A stretch of DNA of 64,000 nt, taken from the NCBI GenBank assembly GCA_963663765.2, contig CAXXUA010000005.1, positions 672,001 through 736,000 of the forward strand, written 5' to 3'. This DNA comes from Candidatus Poribacteria bacterium (GTDB lineage: Bacteria > Poribacteria > WGA-4E > WGA-3G). This document shows positions 31,169 through 40,719 of this stretch, piece after piece (the first letter of the stretch is position 1; every line of letters starts with the position of its first letter). The position numbers were made by a program, and so were the translations under genes. The notes beneath the pieces are model-generated. The model was given only the letters and a program-made list of their open reading frames with translations, had not been told where the DNA came from and ran no database searches.

Positions 31169-32359
31169 TTATATTGGAAACAGTTTGAGTTGTTTCCAAA
31201 CGACTTTTCCTGCTTCCGTGTCTCGTGCCCTTTCCTGAACAGCTTTGGGTCTTATTTGCACTCCATAGGCGTGACTTTCGGTGTGTCCCACCGTAGTTGG
31301 TTTCAAGTTTATTGCAGCGTTGACATCTCTATCTATAGACATATCACATTGACTGCAGTGATACATTCTTTCTGAAAGTGTTAGGTCTTTCTTTTTGTGT
31401 CCACAACCGGAACAGGTTTTACTACTTGCAAAGAACATATCTGCTTCTTTGACAGGTATACCGTGCACTTCTGCTTTTGTCTTGAGTTTTAGCAGGAAAC
31501 CGCCTAATGCCGTATCTGACAATGCTTTTGCGAGGTTTCTGTTCTTCAGCATATTCGTAACCTTGAGTGTCTCAATACCGATCGCAGATGCGAGGTTGAC
31601 AATCTCTGTAGTTGCTTTATGATGTGCATCGTTTCGGATACAAGCGATACGATAGTAGATACGTTCTAACTTGTGTTTTTGTTTGAACCAGTTGTTAGAC
31701 TTGAAAACTTTTCTACTTAATCTACGTTGTTCTCTTGCTAACTTCTTTTCATATCGTTTCAGGGGTCTTGGATTATCATATTTCGTGCCATCACTCAATG
31801 TGGCAAGTGTGTTTATGCCTACATCTATACCAATCACAGGGTGCGTTGAATTATCAACTGCTTCGGTGTCCTCTGTTTCTATGGTGATAGATACAAACCA
31901 ACGATGTGCTGTCCTTGAGATCGTCACTTTCATAATCTTACCCACAAAACGCAATGATTCAAACATGCTAATCCAACCAATCTTAGGAAGTTTGATACGC
32001 TTACCTTCAACTTCTACAGATTGATTATTTGTGGTGAATGCGTCCTTTTTGCCACGCTTCTTGAACTTCGGAAACTTCGCACGCTTACCAACCCAATTCG
32101 CAAGCGCAGCAGACAAGTTACCAAATATGCTTTTATTGGCTACAACCTGATCCATATCTTTAGTCCAAGCATGTGCTTTCTTAGCAATATTAAATCGAGT
32201 GTTTAACTTTGCAGCGGTTAAGAACTCATCATTTGCCAATGCAGACTTGAAATCTGCTAATGCATGATTATATGCAAATCTCGCATAGCCACACTGTTGT
32301 GCAAACCATTTTCGTTGATTGTTATTTGGATTCAATGCAATCTTATGTGTTTTTAGCAT
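31169..32359 (-). CDS. tnpB: RNA-guided endonuclease TnpB (intact ORF)
   Basis: A few substitutions versus 12509-13699; RuvC residues intact. Confidence 0.95.
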   Translation of the reverse strand: MLKTHKIALNPNNNQRKWFAQQCGYARFAYNHALADFKSALANDEFLTAAKLNTRFNIAKKAHAWTKDMDQVVANKSIFGNLSAALANWVGKRAKFPKFKKRGKKDAFTTNNQSVEVEGKRIKLPKIGWISMFESLRFVGKIMKVTISRTAHRWFVSITIETEDTEAVDNSTHPVIGIDVGINTLATLSDGTKYDNPRPLKRYEKKLAREQRRLSRKVFKSNNWFKQKHKLERIYYRIACIRNDAHHKATTEIVNLASAIGIETLKVTNMLKNRNLAKALSDTALGGFLLKLKTKAEVHGIPVKEADMFFASSKTCSGCGHKKKDLTLSERMYHCSQCDMSIDRDVNAAINLKPTTVGHTESHAYGVQIRPKAVQERARDTEAGKVVWKQLKLFPI

Positions 32360-32717
32360 GATGATATTCCAGTCCTATGAAGACGTCAGTTCCCTCTACT
32401 AAAGGTGTGTAGGTGTTAGTAGCACCTACACTGAACTGGTATAATGAGTATCTCATGTTTTAAACCAAAAATCAAGTTTTTTCTTGACACAAGCACTTAG
32501 CACGACTACATCCCACTACCTAAAGGTAGGGGTTTTGTCGTGATTCTTGATAAGAAACTATGATAAAGTATAGCAAATTTCTTGTATTCGTGTCATCAAT
32601 TATATTGCAAATCAAAAGGAAACATGCGTTATGTTATTTTCTTCATGAAATTTCTTTCATATATTTTCTATCTTATGGTATACTACAAAGCGAAATTAGT
32701 GATTATTGGAGGAAGGA

Positions 32718-33689
32718 ATGAAACCAACGGATAGAAAGTGGGATGGAACGATAACACGTTATCCTGAACCAGCTGTTGAAGTACTTGATTCCCGGTTTAA
32801 TAAGTACAAAATTGGGAATGCAGCCGTAGAAAGACTTTGGACTGGTGCGCGTTGGTCCGAAGGTCCCGTCTGGTTTGGTGATGGTGGTTACCTACTATGG
32901 AGTGACATTCCAAACAACAGAATACTGAAGTGGGAAGAGGCAATTGGGAAAGTATCTGTATTCCGCAAACCCTCTAACTATAGTAACGGACATACAAGAG
33001 ACAGACAAGGAAGACTCATTAGTTGTGAACACGGATCACGAAGCGTCACTCGTACGGAATATGACGGTACAATTACAGTTCTAATGGATGCTTATACTGG
33101 AAAAAGGCTTAACGCACCAAACGATGTCGCAGTCCATACAGATGGTGGTATCTGGTTTACCGATCCAGGTTACGGGATTATGCTCAACTATGAAGGTCAT
33201 ATTGCAGAATTTGAATTACCTACTTCGGTTTACAGACTTAACCCAGAATCCAATGAAGCTACCGTTGTAACTGATGAACTTGAAAAACCCAATGGGATAT
33301 GTTTTTCACCTGATTATAGTAAACTCTATGTTGTGGATACAGGGGTGACCCACAAAGAAGGCACACCAAGAAACATCTATGTCTTTGATGTTGCTAATTG
33401 CGATCACTTAGAGAACAAACAGGTGTTTTGTGATATGGCACCAGGTATTGCAGATGGTATCAGGTGTGATATCGATGGTAATTTATGGGCAAGTGCAGGA
33501 TGGGTAGGAGAGGGTTACGACGGTGTACATATATTCGCTTCGGATGGAACGATGATCGGTAAAATACACTTACCAGAAATCTGTTCTAACCTATGTTTTG
33601 GTGGCGTAAAACGTAATAGACTCTTTATGACTGGTAGCCAATCGCTCTATTCTGTCTATGTGGAAGCACAAGGACTACCGTTATTCTAA
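32718..33689 (+). CDS. SMP-30/gluconolactonase family protein
   Basis: WSEGPVW, LNAPND, PNGICFSPD, ADGIRCD. Confidence 0.93.
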   Translation: MKPTDRKWDGTITRYPEPAVEVLDSRFNKYKIGNAAVERLWTGARWSEGPVWFGDGGYLLWSDIPNNRILKWEEAIGKVSVFRKPSNYSNGHTRDRQGRLISCEHGSRSVTRTEYDGTITVLMDAYTGKRLNAPNDVAVHTDGGIWFTDPGYGIMLNYEGHIAEFELPTSVYRLNPESNEATVVTDELEKPNGICFSPDYSKLYVVDTGVTHKEGTPRNIYVFDVANCDHLENKQVFCDMAPGIADGIRCDIDGNLWASAGWVGEGYDGVHIFASDGTMIGKIHLPEICSNLCFGGVKRNRLFMTGSQSLYSVYVEAQGLPLF

Positions 33690-33712
33690 GTTAGCAGTAA
33701 TTCCTTAGTACA

Positions 33713-34730
33713 ACGAGTTGTGCTAAATAACTATATGTTAATCATTGTTTCACATAAGCATGACGTTTTGCAGGTGTCCTTCATAGTTTGAAACGATCTT
33801 TAGTCCCGTAGGGACGATATGTTTATAGAAATACGCCATAGCACATACTCTTTAGTCCCGACAAATGCCATACGCGCATTTGGCGTTGATTTGGTAGGGA
33901 CGATATGTTTATAGAAATACGCCATAGCACATACTCTTTAGTCCCGACAAATGCCATACGCGCATTTGGCGTTGATTTGGTAGAGACGATATGTTTATAG
34001 AAATACGCCATAGCACATACTCTTTAGTCCCGACAAATGCTATACGCGCATTTGGCGTTGATTTGGTAGGGACGATATGTTTATAGAAATACGACATAGC
34101 ACATACTCTTTAGTCCCGACAAATGCTATACGCGCATTTGGCGTTGATTTGGTAGGGACGATATGTTTATAGAAATACGACATAGCACATACTCTTTAGT
34201 CCCGACAAATGCCATACGCGCATTTGGCGTTGATTTGGTAGCGACGATATGTTTAGAGAAATACGCCATAGCACATACTCTTTAGTCCCGTAGGGACGAT
34301 ATGTTTATAGAAATACGCCATAGCACATACTCTTTAGTCCCGACAAATGCCATACGCGCATTTGGCGTTGATTTGGTAGCGACGATATGTTTAGAGAAAT
34401 ACGCCATAGCACATACTCTTTAGTCCCGACAAATGCCATACGCGCATTTGGCGTTGATTTGGGTAGGGACGATATGTTTAGAGAAATACGCCATAGCACA
34501 TACTCTTTAGTCCCGTAGGGACGATATGTTTATAGAAATACGCCATAGCACATACTCTTTAGTCCCGTAGGGACGATATGTTTATAGAAATACGCCATAG
34601 CACATACTCTTTAGTCCCGACAAATGCCATACGCGCATTTGGCGTTGATTTGGTAGGGACGATATGTGTGCATTATAAACCTAATATATGTAAAAACTTT
34701 GAAAACAATGGGTTAACTAGCACAAGTCGT
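33713..34730. mobile_element. MITE (ACGAGTTGTGCTA TIR) containing a 12-unit REP array (52-bp empty and ~86-bp filled units)
   Basis: Same arms as 36632-37032 and 61297-61573; 8 units carry the 34-nt insert, 4 do not. Confidence 0.88.
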
Positions 34731-34837
34731 TAGTACTGCGAATCTCAGAAATGTGATTTTGTTCAAATTCACAAGATTGTATATCTGGTAAATCGGGGTT
34801 GGCAAACCCTCCTACCATTTATGAGATAGAATGTAGA

Positions 34838-35308
34838 TTAAAGATGCTGCGGTTCCTGATAGGAATAGCTTTGGATGACATCATTCATCAATAGACGTTG
34901 TGCAATTGTCTGTATCATTTCCGAGTTCAAGTCACCATGCAACCAGAACTTTTGACCAGTGCGTACAGCATCGACTCTGGATATACCTATGTCTTTTATC
35001 CCTTTTGCCGTACTATCACCCACTGCATCTGTAACACCAGGTTTGAATTGGACTTCAACAGTCCAATCTGAACTATTATCGTAAACACTGTCAAAAGTGT
35101 AGTTCTGTGTTATTGGATCAGCAAGAAGTTCTGATCCAATTCGGTCAACAGTTTGAGAGTCAAGATCACCTTCAATCCAATAGACCGCTGCAGTTCTGAC
35201 AGATTCCACACCTTGTATTCCAAGGTCAAAAATGTCTTCAACGATACCAAGTCCAATCGTGTCAGGTACATCAGACTTGTAAAATACTTCAACTTTCCAA
35301 TTCTTCAT
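34838..35308 (-). CDS. purS: phosphoribosylformylglycinamidine synthase PurS-like protein with two tandem PurS domains
   Basis: VEVFYKSDVPD..VESVR..LLADPITQ followed by VEVQFKPGVTD..VDAVRTG..LLMNDVIQ. Confidence 0.75.
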   Translation of the reverse strand: MKNWKVEVFYKSDVPDTIGLGIVEDIFDLGIQGVESVRTAAVYWIEGDLDSQTVDRIGSELLADPITQNYTFDSVYDNSSDWTVEVQFKPGVTDAVGDSTAKGIKDIGISRVDAVRTGQKFWLHGDLNSEMIQTIAQRLLMNDVIQSYSYQEPQHL

Positions 35309-35388
35309 AGATGTCTTTCTTATGTTAGTGTAAACGTAGAGATGAAAACTTCAATTGTAGTAACAGATTTTCATGATGGATTTTCAAT

Positions 35389-36225
35389 ATGAATACAAAA
35401 CAGATTCGTATATTAGTATTTGGCGCGCATCCCGATGATTGTGATATAAAAGCTGGTGGCATAGCTGCATTATATGTCAATCAAGGACACCTTGTGAAGT
35501 TCATTTCAGTAACAAACGGTGATGCTGGTCACCATACGATGGGAGGTAGTCCATTAGCTCAAAGAAGAAATGCAGAAGCACAAGCAGCTGCAAAAGTAAT
35601 TGGAATCGCGTATGAACTTTTTGATAATCACGATGGAACGTTGATGCCAACCTTGGAAAATCGTTTACAAGTCATACGCGCTATTCGTGATTTCAAACCA
35701 GATCTGATTATGACCCACCGTCCTAACGACTATCATCCGGATCATCGCTATACATCAATACTTGTACAAGACGCTGCGTATATGGTCACCGTTCCGAATA
35801 TCTGTGCGTTAACGCCACATTTAGAGAAAAATCCGGTGATCGTTTATCTCAGTGACAACTTTCAGAAACCTTATCCTTTTTCACCTGATGTCGTCGTAGC
35901 AATTGATGATGTAATAGAAAAGAAAATAGACATGCTTTATTGTCACGAATCACAGTTTTTTGAATGGCTTCCTTACAACAGCGGTACACTAAAAAACGTA
36001 CCAAACAAACCTGACTCCCGTCGTGAATGGCTTGCAAAAAGAATAAAAAATCGCTTTCATACAATAGCAAAAACGTATCGGGATCGGTTGAAAGAACTAT
36101 ACGGTACGGAACTTGGTAATAACATTCAATATGCTGAGGCATTTGAAGCATGTGAATACGGTTCCTCTCTGACCACAGAAAACTTACCACACTTATTTCC
36201 TTTTTTTCTAAAAAACTCTGAATAA
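35389..36225 (+). CDS. PIG-L/LmbE family deacetylase
   Basis: GAHPDDCD, VTNGDAG, HPDH, HESQ. Confidence 0.93.
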   Translation: MNTKQIRILVFGAHPDDCDIKAGGIAALYVNQGHLVKFISVTNGDAGHHTMGGSPLAQRRNAEAQAAAKVIGIAYELFDNHDGTLMPTLENRLQVIRAIRDFKPDLIMTHRPNDYHPDHRYTSILVQDAAYMVTVPNICALTPHLEKNPVIVYLSDNFQKPYPFSPDVVVAIDDVIEKKIDMLYCHESQFFEWLPYNSGTLKNVPNKPDSRREWLAKRIKNRFHTIAKTYRDRLKELYGTELGNNIQYAEAFEACEYGSSLTTENLPHLFPFFLKNSE

Positions 36226-36233
36226 GGTCAATT

Positions 36234-36427
36234 TATGGTAAATTATGGAATTAATTACACACTTGCACAGGTAGGAGCGACCTCCTGGTCGCGACCGTAT
36301 GGAGACCATGTATCAATACCGTCACGACCAGGAGGTCACTCCTACCAAAGAAAAGAATAGGATACTCACAAGACAGCCAATATGGTAAATTGTAGAAATG
36401 TAATCTAATTTTTTAAATTTCGCCATA
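36234..36427. mobile_element. TA-ended MITE with REP doublet
   Basis: TATGGTAAATT ... AATTTCGCCATA; internal inverted GTAGGAGCGACC pair. Confidence 0.6.
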
Positions 36428-36631
36428 ATTGGGTAATTCGTCCTAAAACACAACCAAATGGACACTATTTTCGTTTTTTGGTAACAATTTAAATGTAGAG
36501 TAAACCCAGTGGTAGCAAAGTTTTACAGGTATTTTCTTGGAAATTAAATAAATATTTTCTGCAAGTGTAACATTTTGTAATTTCTTGTTAAGATGAGAAT
36601 AATCTGTCAGTATTATTAATGTGTATATATA

Positions 36632-37032
36632 ACGAGTTGTGCTAAATAACTATATGTAAATCATTGTTTCACATAAGCATGACGTTTTGCATGTGTCCTT
36701 TATAGTTTGAATCGATCTTCAGTCCCGACAAATGCCATACGGGGAATGCCTTAATGGCATTCATACCGTTGATTTGGCGCATTTGGCGTTGATTTGGTAG
36801 GGACGATATGTTTATAGAAAAACGTCATAGTACATACTCTTTAGTCCCGACAAATGCCATACGGGGAATGCCTTAATGGCATTCATACCCGGGGAATGCC
36901 TTAATGGCATTCATACCGTTGATTTCTTGATTTGGCGCATTTGGCGTTGATTTGGTAGGGACGATATGTGTGCATTATAAACCTAATATATGTAAAAACT
37001 TTGAAAACAATGGGTTAACTGGCACAAGGCGT
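36632..37032. mobile_element. ACGAGTTGTGCTA-family MITE with nested micro-elements
   Basis: Two REP units, filled with A[B] (36727-36796) and A[B[B]] (36849-36954). Confidence 0.88.
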
Positions 37033-37105
37033 TTATATATTTTGTTACGCATCTGATATGTAATATATATTATTACATATCTAATAATATGTGTCAAGTA
37101 TTTTT

Positions 37106-37581
37106 CAGGGATATTCAGTTTTCCTAATATTTGGATTTTTCAAAAGAATAACCCCGCGGTAGGAGCGACCCGGGGAATGCCAAAAGGCATTCATACCCGA
37201 CGAATGCCATAGGCGCATTCGGCGTTGATTTGGGGGAATGCCTAAATGGCATTCATACCGTTGATTTCTTGATTTGGTGCTTTGTAAGCGCGCTCTTGGG
37301 ACTTGATGTGCCAGCGCGCTTACAAAGCACGCCTACCAGGGTAGGTTAGAGATAATTACCTAATTTATTTTTTAATCTTCATTAAGGCATTCTCCGCCTA
37401 CCAGGGTGGGTTAGATAGAATTATCTAATTTATCTAACTTCATTAGGGACGATATGTTTATAAGTTGGGGTTCGTACATACATATCGTTCCTACAGGACT
37501 AAAGGCATGGACAAGATGGCAACACATAAAATTAACGTTATAGCAATAATTCATCAAAATACCTCAAACTAAATAACCCTG
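37106..37581. mobile_element. chimeric ISAs1-type MITE with REPs and nested micro-elements
   Basis: CAGGGATATTCAGTTTT / AAACTAAATAACCCTG ends, no TSD; B[A,B] nest at 37172-37276. Confidence 0.7.
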
Positions 37582-37586
37582 CCATC

Positions 37587-40040
37587 ATGATGTTTTTCTT
37601 GTCATTTCTTTGGATATATGGTATTTTATTAAAATATATTTCCCCAAACGAAAAGGACAATCCAGTGAGTCTGCCAAAAACGCTAATAAGCATTCTCTTT
37701 TTTTTCAGTCTACTTCCAATAATTGCTACAGCCAAATCGCCAAAAGCGCGTACACATCTCCCCACAAATTCGGTAGCAATGAGCGATGATGCATTAGCCA
37801 CTTTCTTCAACCCCGCAGGATTAGGCACTCACCGCGCTTTGAACTTATACTATCTAAGAACATACCGCAGCGACACCCCCGGCGATGATGCCTTCTTTAT
37901 CTCCGCTCCAAGTAGTGGATTTGGCATGGAGTTTGTGAACGCACCAAACGACATAGACTTTACACGATACAGTTTGGCTGCCGGACAACATCTCGGAGAT
38001 GCTTTGTACTGGGGAACAAACTATAGTTGGATCAACTCGGATAATGAGTCCTATGATAAGTATAAGGCTATATCTATCGGTTTGATGTACCGTCGCCGCT
38101 ATTTTTCAATCGGAGCGATAGGACGCGACCTTAACCGACCCACACTACTCGATCAAAAGATGCCGCGAATCTACGATATGGGGATTGCACTACGCCCAGG
38201 AACATGGCGTACAACTTTCTCATTTGATGTACGAAAAACGCAAAATGTAAGCGAATTAGACCTGAGTTATGGTCTTGAAATTCGTCCCATTCGTGAATTT
38301 ATACTCCGTGGCACATATAACAGCGATAACAGCTATGACATTCGCTTCGGTATCAACATAGGCAATTTCGGTTTCGGTACAGTCAACGACTTTGATCACG
38401 GTGGGGAATCCAACGCAGGTGTCGGTTACATGCACTTCTCATCCGCATCTATAACAAAACCCATATTTCGTAAACGGCTTTTTCTTGATTTAGGAATGGA
38501 ACAAATCGACGCTGCACTCCGAATTGCCAAATGGGACAATGATATCGCAGGTGCTTTAATCCGATTGGATGGCAGCAGCTACGGGATGGGGCAATTCCAA
38601 GAGATACGGGATGCTATAGTGGAATTCAAGGAAGCAGACAAAATCGTTATGTGTTACATTACTGACTGCTCAACGGGTGACTACATCGTTGCCTCAGCAT
38701 GCGACACAATCTTGATGCATCCGAGTGCTGATCTACGACTGATAGGGTTACGATCCGAACGCTCCTTCTACAAAGGTGCCCTGGACAAACTCGGTATCCA
38801 AGCACATCTTGAACACATCGGTGAATATAAATCTGCGGCAGCAGCATATACGCAAGAAAGCATGGCAGAACCACACCGCGAAAACCAAAATGCACTTCTT
38901 GACGATCTATACGACCAACTTACTACAGAGATCGCGACCACACGCGGCTGGACACCGGGAACTGTGATGAAGTTGATTGATAATGGTCCCTATACCGCAA
39001 AAGAGGCACAAAATGCAAATATTGTTGACGAACTACTTTACGATGATAGTCTGAACGTCATTGCCAGTCAACTCGCAGACACTGAAGTTAACCTGATTAA
39101 GCTCAATGATTATCTAAGAAGCGGATTGTACCCACACGACTGGACGGTGCAAAAACCTAAAATCGCAGTGATTGAAGCAACGGGTATGATGTTAACCGGA
39201 GAAAGTTTTTCTGACTTATTGACTGGAACTTCAGTGATGGGGGCAGATACAATTGCCCGCGCCATCAAGTATACGCGAGAAGATGCATCCATTAAGGCAG
39301 TTGTCTTGCGCATTGATAGCGGAGGCGGATTAGTCGTCGCCGCTGATATAATATGGAACGAACTCATGCGGCTCACAGAGGTAAAACCCCTTGTCGTCTC
39401 TATGGCAGATGTCGCTGCCTCTGGTGGATATTATATCGCCGCGGCTGCGGATGTCATTGTCGCAGAACCCGGGACCATTACAGGATCAATCGGTGTTATC
39501 GGTGGAAAGTATAGTTTCAAAGGATTGTATGAAAAAATTGGCATCAAGAAGGAGATAATGCAACGCGGTGCACACGCAGACTTTTACAGTGATTATAGTG
39601 ATTATCCACCACATGAACAGGAGATCGTTCAGAGACAGATCAAGGAGATTTATGACAATTTTATAACAAAAGTCGCATTGGGAAGAGATCAATTGACGAA
39701 GGAAGAAGTTGATAAAGTCGCACGCGGACGTGTCTGGACAGGACGACAAGCAAAAGAAAATGGATTGGTTGATGTACTCGGTGGGCTTAGCGATGCACTC
39801 TCAATTGCAAAAAAACGCGCAGGTCTGGAAAAACAGGTCGTTCAGGTTGTACGTTTACCAAAACCTACTTGGTTCACACAGTTGTTAGGTAACATTAGAC
39901 TGGTTTCTACCGAGAAATTGGCACCGTTGCCAAACATCTATCAGTTCTTTGGTCAATCAACCAGTCTAAAATTGCTGAATATCATAAAGAAACATAGAAT
40001 CTTTCTATTGATGCCTTATGAAGTATCTGTCGGTTCATAA
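37587..40040 (+). CDS. sppA: signal peptide peptidase SppA with an N-terminal beta-barrel-like extension
   Basis: IGEYKSA, VVLRIDSGGG, AASGGYYIA, GTITGSIGV, GRVWTGRQA; N-terminal ~290 aa beta-rich with FFNPAGLG. True start may be GTG at ~37665. Confidence 0.88.
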   Translation: MMFFLSFLWIYGILLKYISPNEKDNPVSLPKTLISILFFFSLLPIIATAKSPKARTHLPTNSVAMSDDALATFFNPAGLGTHRALNLYYLRTYRSDTPGDDAFFISAPSSGFGMEFVNAPNDIDFTRYSLAAGQHLGDALYWGTNYSWINSDNESYDKYKAISIGLMYRRRYFSIGAIGRDLNRPTLLDQKMPRIYDMGIALRPGTWRTTFSFDVRKTQNVSELDLSYGLEIRPIREFILRGTYNSDNSYDIRFGINIGNFGFGTVNDFDHGGESNAGVGYMHFSSASITKPIFRKRLFLDLGMEQIDAALRIAKWDNDIAGALIRLDGSSYGMGQFQEIRDAIVEFKEADKIVMCYITDCSTGDYIVASACDTILMHPSADLRLIGLRSERSFYKGALDKLGIQAHLEHIGEYKSAAAAYTQESMAEPHRENQNALLDDLYDQLTTEIATTRGWTPGTVMKLIDNGPYTAKEAQNANIVDELLYDDSLNVIASQLADTEVNLIKLNDYLRSGLYPHDWTVQKPKIAVIEATGMMLTGESFSDLLTGTSVMGADTIARAIKYTREDASIKAVVLRIDSGGGLVVAADIIWNELMRLTEVKPLVVSMADVAASGGYYIAAAADVIVAEPGTITGSIGVIGGKYSFKGLYEKIGIKKEIMQRGAHADFYSDYSDYPPHEQEIVQRQIKEIYDNFITKVALGRDQLTKEEVDKVARGRVWTGRQAKENGLVDVLGGLSDALSIAKKRAGLEKQVVQVVRLPKPTWFTQLLGNIRLVSTEKLAPLPNIYQFFGQSTSLKLLNIIKKHRIFLLMPYEVSVGS

Positions 40041-40045
40041 ACTTC

Positions 40046-40711
40046 ATGTCCGAAAATCGGGGAAGGCGTATAATGATGCATGCCGATGAATTTGCTAATG
40101 CCAGAAAAAAAATGGTTCGCAACCAAATCGCAAACCGGGATATACGAAATCCTGATATACTGTCTGTTATGGAGAAAATCCAAAGACATCTATTTGTAAC
40201 TCATGAATATCAAGAATGGGCATATCAAGATAGACCGCTGCCAATAGACAAAGGGCAAACAATATCGCAACCCTACATCGTTGCATTAATGACTGATTTA
40301 CTCAAACTGTCACAGAATTCCAAAGTGCTTGAAATCGGAACTGGGTGTGGCTATCAGACTGCAGTTTTAGCTGAACTTGCCAAGGAAGTATATTCTGTAG
40401 AGATATTACCCGAACTCGCAGAAAGTGCTAAAGAAAAATTAGAAGAACTCAACTATGCAAACGTCCATTTTAAAGAGGGTAACGGTTATTATGGGTGGAT
40501 TGAAAATGCACCTTATGACGCGATTCTCGTAACGGCTGCACCCGCAAAAATACCGTATAGACTTACACAACAACTCGCTGACGATGGACGGATGGTCATC
40601 CCTGTCGGTTCTGACATACAACAACTCTTCTTAATAAAAAAATGTTCAGGTAAAGTAGAAACCACAACAATAACAGGTGTCAGTTTCGTTCCGATGACAG
40701 GCACACCGTAG
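40046..40711 (+). CDS. pcm: protein-L-isoaspartate O-methyltransferase
   Basis: GQTISQPYIVA, VLEIGTGCGYQTA, APYDAILVTAA, FVPM. Confidence 0.96.
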   Translation: MSENRGRRIMMHADEFANARKKMVRNQIANRDIRNPDILSVMEKIQRHLFVTHEYQEWAYQDRPLPIDKGQTISQPYIVALMTDLLKLSQNSKVLEIGTGCGYQTAVLAELAKEVYSVEILPELAESAKEKLEELNYANVHFKEGNGYYGWIENAPYDAILVTAAPAKIPYRLTQQLADDGRMVIPVGSDIQQLFLIKKCSGKVETTTITGVSFVPMTGTP

Positions 40712-40719
40712 GAGAAAGC

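Larger units (their letters stand above)
29804..32549 (-). mobile_element. tnpB-only element copy 3 with nested ISAs1
   Basis: Same ends as copy 1; length 2746 = 1422 + 1315 + 9. Confidence 0.93.

Noticed and set aside
33823-34499. Short repeated minus-strand ORFs in the REP array (similar ones at 22306-22596)
   Set aside because: Translations of tandem repeats without coding signals.
33800-34670. CRISPR-like array with 34-nt spacers
   Set aside because: The 34-nt inserts are all the same sequence and split the palindrome itself; this is a REP array.
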